This document shows, one piece after another, positions 36,201 to 46,396 of a stretch of 64,000 nucleotides of DNA (positions within the stretch are counted from its first letter, which is position 1; each line of letters opens with the position of its first letter). Under the pieces are notes generated by a model, which did no database searches, was not told where the DNA came from, and was given only the letters and a program-made list of their open reading frames with translations. Location of the stretch: positions 1 through 64,000 of the forward strand of contig MEDY01000018.1 of NCBI GenBank assembly GCA_001724265.1, written 5' to 3'. The translations under genes were made by a program, and so were the position numbers. The stretch is from Rhizaria sp. SCN 62-66. Its lineage: Eukaryota.

Positions 36201-38949
36201 TAAGTAGGCGGCGGCGGAGGCACGTTGTTGCGCGCACGACGCCGAAGCCGCTGCCCCTTAGACGTGCCGCCAGGGGTCGCACTTACATCGCCAGACGCCG
36301 CAGCAGCGTTGGCGGTGCTGTTGTTGCTGGATTGTTGTTGCAGAGAGGGCTGGCGACTCATGTTCTGGCCCTGTAGCTGCGACTGCTGCTGCTGCTGCTG
36401 CTGCAGGAACAGCTGCTGCTGCTGATACAGCGACAACGACGACTGCTGGCGCCCCAGCGACGGCTGCTGCTGCCCGATCGACGGCTGCTGCTGCAGCGAC
36501 GGCTCGCGGGACAGCGGCCCGCGCTGCCCTAATAGCGACTGCGATGGCGTGAGCCCGCCCCCGCTGCCGTACTGCCCAGCGGCGTAGGCCGCGAACGCTG
36601 CCGGCAGCGGCGGCGGCGCCGGGGCCCCGGACGAGTGACCGTGAGCAGCAGAGTGACCGTGGGCGCCCGTGGTGCTGCTCTCCCGGGTGATGCCGCCGAC
36701 GACGCCGCCGCCGGCAGCGCGGCGGCGGCCGAGGCGGCCGCGAGCGTTGGTGCGCGTGGCACTGCTGTTCGCAGCAATAGGGGGGCTGCTACCACCAGCA
36801 ACAGCGCCAGCGCCAGCGCCAGTGACTGTGTTGCTGCTGTTGTCAGCGATGTGCATGGTTGCACCAAACACGCTCTTTCTAGGAGATGCGGTGCTACTAC
36901 TGTTGTTGCCGTTAGTGTTGGTGTTGTTGTTTTGGTCATAATCACGTTCACTATTACGACCAGAGCCAGTGCCAGAGCCAGTGCCAGTGCCAGCGTCGCC
37001 GTTGCCAGCGCCGTTGTCGCCGCCGCCGCGATTATTGTCGCCGTCGTCGTCATCATCGATGCCGTCGTTGTTGTCACCGTGAGAAGCAGCCCAAGACTCC
37101 TGCCTACGCGGCGACGACAGCGCCTCGTTGTTGTTCGTCACGACTGGCGTGGGTGTGAGGGTGTCCGCGTTGACGATCTCAGTGCCGCCGACAATGCCGG
37201 CGCCCGTGAGACCTTTCTCCTCGAGCGCCTGTTTGGCCAGTGCCTCTAAGGCAAACTGCTGCATCTTCTCCAGCTCTTGGTTCTTGCACATCTCGAAACG
37301 GATGTAGACGACGGCCGTGATGAGTGACACCAGGAAGATGCCGCCGATCATCTCCAACAGCACGAAAAAGATCTCTGAGTAGCGCGATGACACGGCGGCC
37401 GTCTCATACATGATATCTGTCCAGCCTTCCTTTGACACGACGATAATAGTGGTGACGAAGGCGAAAAACACGTTATCGAACGTTGTGAGGCCCATGTTGG
37501 GGTTTTGCCCATAGTCAGCGCAGAACTGGTAGCTCTTGTCGCAGTGGTACGCGCCGGCCGTGTGGCCGCACAGCACGCTCGTCTCGGGGATGCCCGTGTT
37601 GATCTCGTAGCAGCGGTTACGGTACGCGCCGGCAAAGAGCTGCATGCCGACAAGCCCGAAGATGAGAAAGATGAACGTCAGTAAGAGGAGGACGTCGACG
37701 AGGTTGGGCATGGTGGCGAGGAGCGCGGTGATGAGAATACGCATGCCCGGCACGGCGCGAATGCTGCGCAGCGGGCGGAGCACGCGGAGGGCGCGGATAG
37801 CAGTCAGGTTGCCGATAGACGGGACTAAGGTGAGATATGATAAAACGACGACGAGGAAATCGATGATGTTCCAAGGGTCACGGATGTAAGAGTGCTTGCC
37901 GTTGTACAGAAAACCCATGGCAATAACCTTGATGATCATTTCGAGCGTGAATAGAGTCGTGAAAACGTATTCGGCCGCCTGAAACACCTCAGCACCTGTT
38001 GTAACATAGCACAAAGAGAAAATATACACCTAGTGAGGATCATGGCAGATGAAACTGAGGTATTGCATTTGAATCAAAGATATATTATAAATTTACGAGT
38101 GACTCATAACAGTGGGGATATATACCTCATCGGACGAAGAGTTTGTTTGTGAAGCGTACCTGTGGAGCCGGCAGGATAGCCGATATCCGCCGCCAAAAAT
38201 GCGCAATTCGCGATGACAACGAGCAGCGAGACAATGTCAAACCAGCGCTGGTCTGCGATGTGCATGCAAACCCTGCGTAGCGGATTTGCCTTGGTGAAGA
38301 AAAACAGCGACCGTGGGCCGAAATGTGTGCGGCGCTTCTTCATCTGCTTGAGGATGCGTTTGAGGTCCTTCTTGCGGGTAGTGTCACTGTTGCGGGAGGC
38401 GGCTGAAAGGCGCGACGAGCCGTGCTGCGACTGGGATCCCGAGTGCGGGGAGTGTGACCGGCTGCGGCTGCCGTTGCCCCCGCCGCCGCTGCCACCGCCG
38501 CCGCCGCCGCTGCCGCCGCTGTTGCGGCTGTTGCGGCTGTTACGGCTGTTGAGGCTGTGAGTGTTCTGCGTCTGCTGCTGGGGGTTGGTGCTGCGACTAT
38601 TGGTATTCGCGGTCGTCGCGGGGTGAGACAGAGAGCCCCCGGGGGACGGTGACCGGTGATCGGAGTCCAACGCCACTGACCCACCACCGGCTGCCGTTGC
38701 ATCAGCGTCACTAGCGCCTGCATTCGCGATTGGGTTAGCGTTTGCATCGAGGGTGCGCGTACGGTCGCGGCCGCGGGTGCGGACGCGCGAGGGTGGCGAC
38801 AGCGGCAGCGCAGTCATCTCAATATCGCCGGCACCGCCGGCGGCGCTACTGTTGCTGCTGCTGCTGTTGGCGAGAAGGTTGCCGCTGTGCTGCGAGTTCT
38901 GGGGGGGAGCGTCGGGGCCCATCGGCGGGCCCTCACCCACGAGCGACAT
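21296..38949 (-). CDS. Four-domain voltage-gated cation channel alpha subunit, Cav-type EEEE filter (~5785 aa; exons 38949-38160, 37995-31466, 31333-21296)
   Basis: Four S4 segments (IRALRVLRPLRSIR, FRALRIFRVFKLLR, FRAFRALRPLKLV, FRVFRVFRVFRLLKR); pore loops SKEGW, TAENW, TFEMW, TGESW; IQ-like AATVFQRALRR; two GT-AG introns join the exons in frame; ends TAA. Confidence 0.93.
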
Positions 38950-39550
38950 CGGGGAACTCGGGGTACGCGCTGCGGAAGTGAAAGTAGTGCGAATGTGTTT
39001 TAAAGTGCGTGTCCAATCTGAAAAAGTGCAATTTGCTTGGCTAGAAGAAAGGAAGGATGCTGCCGAGAGGCGGGAAGTGTGGCGGAGTAAAGGTGTGTCA
39101 AGGGAGGAGGATGAGCGTCTTCGAAAGAGATGCAGTGAGATAGGCATGATAGCTTAGACAATATAATTAAAATAAAACGTAAAAATGCATTATACTATCT
39201 GATTATAATACTCGCACAAACTCTTGACGGATTGAAGCGGGTGTAAATCGACGTCGCATTTGAATTTCAGTCGCGGAGAAACCAACTCCCCTCTCCAACG
39301 CCTCCTCCATGGGTCTCTCTGCACCTCATCAAAAATAACGATATATCCATGTAATAAACGTGGTTTGTTTGTATTTTTGCGTCACGATGGTTAAATTTGC
39401 GTGTACATACTATACTTAAACTATATCTTATTCTGCTACGATCCTCCTCTATTTCTCATCTCTGTCCGACGACGTCGTCGCCTCCCCTTCGCCCCTCGCG
39501 AACACCACACAACAACGCTCCCCCCAGCAGCGCTAACCCGACGTGTCATC

Positions 39551-41134
39551 ATGGTCCGCGGCCAGATTATTTTCGGCGACCGCCTCCTTACCGCGCTGAA
39601 CGCGGCCCTGGCGTCCCCGCCGCCCAAAAACCGTGCGGCTTGGAAAACCTTCAACAAGATCTGTGACGCCGCCTCCGACGAGGACATGACGCGCGTACTC
39701 ACATCAACGGTCATCGCCCGCCTCCACGAGACGCTCCAGAGCGGTGACCTTGACACAGTGCACTGCGGCATTCGCGCGCTGGGTGCCATCGCGCTCACGG
39801 CCGACGCCGCGTGCAAAGACATCATCTGGACCGAGGCGACTCTCACGCTGCTGCGGAACGCCGCTAATACGCGGTGTGACGCCATTCTCAGCAAAGCCGC
39901 GCTCGACGCCGCCGAGGCCGCGCAGCAGAAGCATCGCAAGCGCGGCGGTGGCGGGGGTCTGCTGGTGCTGTCGTCCGGCGCGTGGAACAGTGATCTGAAT
40001 TTCTTCTGCGATTTCTTCTGGCTGGTAAGCAATCTCGCTGCCATCCGCTGCGTTGTGCCGCGGCTGCTCGCGCACTCGGTGTTCGGGGACGCCCCGGCGC
40101 TACTGGCGCGCGCACGGCTGTACAACGCGAAGCGCGGCAAGAAGAACAGCGGCGACAACGGTGGCGATAAGGACGCCGGTGACGACGGTGATGAGGGCAA
40201 CGGCAACTGCGCCGACACCAGTGACCAGTACGATAGCGATGCCGAGCATGACAATGACGACGATGCGACGGTCATGCGGTCTGCGCACCCCGGTTTGCGG
40301 TGCGTTAACGAGCTCGTGTTTGCTGTTTCTAACGCGCTAGAGGTCGATCCTTACGGCAACGACCCATACCAGTCCAACGACACTGACGACAATGATGATG
40401 ACAACAACGACAATGATGATCACGGCGATGATACTGGTGACTGTGCTAGTGGTAAAGAAGAAGACGACGTTGGCGACTGTGGGAGCACTAAGGCTGCCAA
40501 GACTAAGTGGGTTCACTACTTACACTCGAGCGGTGTCATCGCCCTGTTCGCCCGTTTCCTCAGCATTATGTCCCGCCTGCCTGCTGTCGACGAGAGCGAC
40601 TCACACGAGTTTACGGAGTTTCACCTCAAAGCCTACCGCGTTATTGTCCGCGATCTCCTTTCGGGCATTGCGCTGCCAATCGCCAAGGCCGAGGCCGCGC
40701 GCGCTACAAAAAATAGCAAAAACAATAATAACTACAAGAGCATGAGCGGCGCCCCCGAAAACACTAATGGTGAGTCAGCGCCGCCGCCTCAAAACGACTT
40801 GATGGCGGAGTTCGTCGCGCTGGGCGGGCTCGAGACCGTGCGCTTCGCGGTCATGGCCGGGCCCAACGTGGCGAGTGACCGTGAGCGGCTGCTCCGCGAG
40901 GTCGGCTGCGAGGCGCCGGCGGTGGACGCGCTGCGGCCGTACTTAGCCGCGGAGGACGCGGGCCGGCAGCAACAGCAGCGGCTGCAGTTCGGTATGGGGA
41001 ATGATAACGCCGATCTCGTCGGGGACTGCTATATCGCGGCCCGGGAGCTGTTGAGCAAGTTCGTGCTGCCTACCACGGGCGGCTCCGTCGACTCGCTGTA
41101 CAAGACCGTTGTGGCCGGCAGCAAGAGGCGCTAA
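39551..41134 (+). CDS. Divergent armadillo-repeat protein (importin-alpha-like motifs)
   Basis: First ATG at 39551. Helical segments IRALGAIA, WLVSNLA, NELVFAVSNA, EFVALGGLETV and YIAARELLSKF recall ARM/importin-alpha repeats and are separated by acidic inserts; ends TAA. Confidence 0.5.
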   Translation: MVRGQIIFGDRLLTALNAALASPPPKNRAAWKTFNKICDAASDEDMTRVLTSTVIARLHETLQSGDLDTVHCGIRALGAIALTADAACKDIIWTEATLTLLRNAANTRCDAILSKAALDAAEAAQQKHRKRGGGGGLLVLSSGAWNSDLNFFCDFFWLVSNLAAIRCVVPRLLAHSVFGDAPALLARARLYNAKRGKKNSGDNGGDKDAGDDGDEGNGNCADTSDQYDSDAEHDNDDDATVMRSAHPGLRCVNELVFAVSNALEVDPYGNDPYQSNDTDDNDDDNNDNDDHGDDTGDCASGKEEDDVGDCGSTKAAKTKWVHYLHSSGVIALFARFLSIMSRLPAVDESDSHEFTEFHLKAYRVIVRDLLSGIALPIAKAEAARATKNSKNNNNYKSMSGAPENTNGESAPPPQNDLMAEFVALGGLETVRFAVMAGPNVASDRERLLREVGCEAPAVDALRPYLAAEDAGRQQQQRLQFGMGNDNADLVGDCYIAARELLSKFVLPTTGGSVDSLYKTVVAGSKRR

Positions 41135-42078
41135 GCGAGACGCTTATCGGAGTCGTTTGGTCCCGAGTGGGATTGAATGTGTGGGTCGACTAGGTGATGT
41201 CTATATTATTTTTTGAGATGTTGAGATGAATTTCTTGTTTTACTTGTATCTCTTGGGTATGTCTGTGGGTAATGCGTGTGTTTTTAATGATCAATTTTGG
41301 TTTTTGTGTTTTGCAGTCGACAACACAGCGTTTGCATGATTGTAACTGCACTTTTCCCTTTACTCTTGTGCGTGGCACTTTTGTTTTTACAATGTAAGAC
41401 TTCGCGTGTACGAAACAATGACAGCGAAAAGCACTACAATTATGCAGTGTGTAAGACGCGCGACCATTTTCTGTGTGATTGCGTGACAAGCACTGCAAGT
41501 TCATTGCTTGACGTATAAAAGTTGTCCATGAGCTCGCCACCTCGTGTAGAAGAAGCAATTTGTGTTTTTCACCAAATTTAGCATCTATACCGATGATTCT
41601 TTGTGTAATATTACATATTATCACTGTGCTATATTTTCAACATCTAATACTTGTGGTATGGTTTACATTTGCATTCTTTTTGTCTATCTTAGCTTATACA
41701 CGTATTTCTTCTACTTAAAACTGGATGGAACCTGCAACATGTTTAACCTTGAGGTCAAGGAAAATCAAAGAAGCACAACATTAAGAACGCACAGACCTCC
41801 ACGAAATACATCAGCATACAACGCCAACATCTAATAGCTAATCCCCAATGCAAGCCACAACAAGCTAACTTGTTCCCATTGTTACACATTGTAATCATTC
41901 TCGTGTTTATTTTTGCTTAACCCAGGCCAAACATGAAAAGAAACACCAAAAATGAATCTCAAGTCTTAACAAATAGATACACTTCACACCGGAAAACCTC
42001 TCTCAATCCAGAGACTCCACACTAACATTCGCTCTCGCGACGTACTTAGATTCGAATCTAAGCAGTACTTAAACCGGC

Positions 42079-44165
42079 TCACCGCACGATCTCGTCGGCG
42101 TCGAGCTGCAGCAGCTGCGGCAGCGCGGCGGCAACCTGCGCGCGGTACGCCTTGGCGGCCGGTGTGCCCGCGCCCGCGCCGATCTGCGTCGGCTTGTAGG
42201 TCGGGCCGGCGCCGGCGCAGGGGTTTTGCTCCAGATACACCGTAGTGAGGCTGGGAAGGGTGCGGAGCAGGGGCAGGCACGACAGGTCGGCGATGCGGTT
42301 GTTGTTCATCCAGAGGTCCTCCAGCAGGTCCAGGCCCGCGAGGTTCTCGATCTAGAGAAGAGCAGGACGTGTGTGGTTGAGACGGAGCACGTGTTAGCAG
42401 TGCGCTTTGCTGAATCACAATATCATCATTAAATAACAATAAATCCTCGTAGCAAACATCGAGGGTAAAATAAAATGAATATATCGAAGATCTAAAGCCT
42501 ATTCGTACCTTGGTAATGCGGTTGCCTGCGAGGTCGAGGATCTTAAGTTTCTTCAAGTGTTGGAAACCGTCCATGACCGAGATACCTACGGATTAACACA
42601 CACACAAAAACGACACATGGTCAAAACATATGGACATAAAAGTATCTTTACAGACGGGGTATTTCAGAATGAACGAGATAATAAGGCTTCATCAAAATAT
42701 GAGCGATTTTAAAACTTGTTTCATGTTTTCGTACCGTTGTGGCTGAGGTAGAGCTCCTCGATGTTCTCCAACTCCTTCAGCCCCTCGCCAATCTCAGTCA
42801 GCCGGTTCGCCTGCAAGTGCAGCACGCGGAGCTTCTTGAGAGTCTGAATGCCCTCAATGCGCATGATCTTATTGCGGCCGAGATAGAGCTGCTCGAGGTT
42901 CACCAGCGGGAGCAGGTTCTGCATGACGCGGATACGATTAGAGCCCAGCTCGAGCATCTTGAGCGTCGGCGCAAAGTGAGACAGGTCTCCGATTGCCATA
43001 ATCTTGTTCTCGATCAGGTACAGGTTCTCCAGCTTCGTCGACCCCTCCAGGTTGTCAGTGTATCGCAGCTCGTTGAACGATAAGTCGAGCTCAACCAGCT
43101 CGGTCAGCTGGAGGAAAGGCTTGCCGACGGGCTCGGCGCTCTCCCCGTCGCGGATCCGCTCAAGCGCAGCCTTGACCTTGGGCTTGTCGGCGTCGGCGCC
43201 GAAGACGGACCGCGGCATGCCCTTGGTGAAGCCCAGAGCGTTGGGGGCTTTGGCGTTGGCGGGCATGTGCAGCGGCGTGAGGCGGTTCTCGTACAGGTCG
43301 AGCAGAGTGAGGTTTTTGAGCGCCGAGATACGGTGCAGGTTGACGTTACGAACAACGTTGCAGCGCAGGATGAGTTCGGTGACGGTGTCGACGCAGGCTG
43401 ATGTATCGCCCATGTCGTCGATGCGTTCGTTGGTCATGTCGATGTAGTCGGAGTCAGTCGGCAGCTCGCTCAGAGGGTTGAAGTCGTTGTCAGCCTCGGT
43501 AAACTCGTACGTCTCGCCGTCGTCGTCGGCGGGGGCGGCGGAGGGCTCGATCACGGTCACACCGGAGCGGGCGTCATAGTTTGCGGCGGCGGCAGGGCTG
43601 GTTGGGGTACTGTCAGCGGCGGCGGCGGCGACGGCGTCTGCGATGGGAGTGAGGCCCGTGGCGTTGTTGGCGTGCTTTACGAGGAGAGACGTGTCGACGA
43701 CCTTGATAGGCTTGTCAATCTTCGCGCCAGTAACCTAAACATGTCAAAGGAGTACAAACAAGCCAAGAGAGGCAAGAGCGGACTCAAGGTGAGTGGAACA
43801 TCAAAGGCGACATATATATGTGCTATAATCATACATTTGAGACAAAAAACGCGAAGATGAATATGTAAAAACGATTGATATAAGGTAAAATAAGCATTCG
43901 TTTCGAAGGTGCGTTTGACTGTGTTTTTCTTCGTGATATGTATACGGACCTGCTTGTGGGGCGCGGTGGGGGCCGAGGCATGGGGCGGGTGTGTGGGGCC
44001 GCCAGAGTGCATGTCGTCACCCTCACTGTGCTCGGAACCCGGGGAAATGGGAAATATGGCCTGGTCGTGTGCGTCGAAGGCGTCGGTGGTCGCGACGACG
44101 CCGTCCGCCGCGGCGGCGTTGGCGGCGTTGAGCGATAGGGCAGGGTCCTTGGGCTCGTTCGACAT
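42079..44165 (-). CDS. SDS22: Protein phosphatase 1 regulatory subunit SDS22/PPP1R7-like LRR protein (521 aa; exons 44165-43950, 43734-42735, 42585-42509, 42351-42079)
   Basis: 22-aa SDS22-type LRRs (LDLYEN, LDLSFN, LELGSNRIR, LYLGRNKI, LYLSHNGI, LWMNNN) and an LRR cap (LTTVYLEQNP...YR...LPQLLQLDA); three GT-AG introns keep the frame; ends TGA. Confidence 0.88.
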
Positions 44166-44573
44166 CAGGGGCTACAGGGCGGCAAACAGGACGCAAGGCC
44201 GCAAAAAGGTGAGATGCGCAAACAAGAGTCAGTAAAACTACTGAGCAGCAGTGTTGCAGATAGAAGCATTGATAGGGTGAAGACCACCTCGCAGAAAACG
44301 CAAGTTGCACGCTTTGCGAGTGCGTTCGGAAGATTGCAAATTGTGAGAGTCTGGATCACAACAGTTTGACCGTCACATAAAACGTCATTAAGATATAATA
44401 GAAGAAACACAAGCTTAGCAACTATAATAATATATGACTCTCTAAAAGTACGATTGTAACTCGATCGACATTATTTCCTTCGCCGCCGATCCCACTCTCT
44501 CAGCGATCCCACCACCACAAATCCTTCCCAGCTCCAGCTCCGCCACTTGCGCCTCGTGACACGCATCTGCATA

Positions 44574-45809
44574 ATGGCCCAGCACATTCACACGCACAAC
44601 TGCGGCTGTGCCGAGGCCGCCAAGGGTCTGGGCGACCTCTACTCACTCTACTCGCAGGTCAAGATGGACGAAGTCGTCACTCTGAACGAAGACACGCCCA
44701 ACTCTGGCCGCGCCGTTATCAAGCCTTTCGCCACGCGCCTCGACAACACGGCCACCGTGGAGAGCTCATGCGACGGCGAGCTCATTTTCCGCATCCCCTT
44801 TGCCGCGGTCGCCAAGCTGAAGGCGATTGTGGTGCGCGGCGCCGATGGGGCCGACCGGGCTCCGGCCAAGATGAAGCTGTACGTAACACAAAACAAGACG
44901 CCTAGCACTATAAGGATCAACACCTTGCGCTAATGTTGGGACTCTTTGGTTTTAAATGTGTATCACATATGCAATATCTAAATTTTGCTGCCTTTACGCA
45001 TATATGCATGAGATAATCTCCTTTTTGATCAAGCCTTTAAGTTGTTCACGATGACACGGAACTCTTGATTCAGACCTTCCATCCTCACAAATCGATATTA
45101 AATCACCTCTTGTGTCGGCAATACGCGTATAGGTGGGTCAATCGTGACGACATTGACTTTAGCAACGCCACCGGTGTCGCCCCGACTCAGGAGATGGCTA
45201 TTCCCTACGATGCCACTGGTGAGAACAAGGTACATTATCCCGCCGAATCAGCAAATATCTGTAATATACCGCATTATCTTCAGCAAAGTATGAGCTCATG
45301 TTTTCTATTTGTGTTTTTGTTGCTTTTCTTTGACAATAGATCCCCGTGAAGCCCGCTCTTTTCACCAACACGTCCAAGCTCACGATATATCTCGCCCGCA
45401 GGTATGTTGTTTCACCGTCTCAAACAAACTGCTCCTGCACATAGTCGAGACCAGAGTAATTTGTACTGAGTTATATGGGCATGCCACTATTGAATTTAGA
45501 ATATAATACTTTGAGTATCAAGCGATTGGCAAACAAGTTGCACGTGTATTCCAATTTTTGTTTGTCATGCTTCGCTCACACGCACACTCACTCTGACTCT
45601 CTCCACTGCTGTGTTGTTTTGTTTCGCTTTGTTTTGTCTTGCGCAGCGATGAGTCTGACGAAGAGCTCAAGCTCGGCTTCCTTGGCCTTTTTGGCCAGCC
45701 CACCAACATCAAGCACGGCATCGTCAACGTCGTGTACGAAGCACGTGCTAACCCCGCCGACTACGAGGCCGAGGACATCAAGAACAAGACCAGCAACTAC
45801 GCCGTGTAA
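44574..45809 (+). CDS. PITHD1: PITH domain-containing protein (208 aa; exons 44574-44878, 45133-45229, 45340-45401, 45647-45809)
   Basis: YSLYSQV, TLNE, VESSCDGELIFRIPF, KLKAI, WVNRDDIDFSN, YEARANPAD; three GT-AG introns join in frame; ends TAA. Confidence 0.88.
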
Positions 45810-46396
45810 TGCGATAAGTTTTGCATACAACAAACATGCATAGAACAAACATAAAACATATATATTTTTTTAAACACGTGCTAGCAAGCTCCGATGATGT
45901 GCGAGTGTGAACGAAAAATATTGCTGCAGTTAAGTTCATGAGGGATAATTTATTAGTAGGAACATGGTAGTGCATCAATACAGCACAGAAACAAATACAA
46001 TATAATCGCAACATCATTACAACTAAAATATTCCTTGATATCAAACAAGACCGAGAGTCAAAAACAAACCTGCACGTCAAAGTCCAAAAATGACTCAAGC
46101 CTTCTCAAAGTTCTCGTCTGTCACAACTCATGTGAACTAGTCATACAGTCACAATATTACAGCTACAAGATCACATACACAATAAGCGTATCATATTATT
46201 CTCACGCAATGCCGCATTCACACACTGACATGAACTCTTCCGTGAGAGTTAGTCACCCGGTACCCGGTCGCAGCCAAGCAACAAGCAGTCATGATTTTGA
46301 CCGCCAACTACATCGTTTCATGACCACTTTCAGGTAACGGGTCGCACTCTCTCGCACACCCAGCTGTGATACAACAAGAGAGATTTCACTGTCCAC

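Noticed and set aside
41135-42078. Short ORFs in AT-rich intergenic DNA (also 17250-18000, 45810-46390)
   Set aside because: No coding-like composition or motifs; probably UTR/intergenic.
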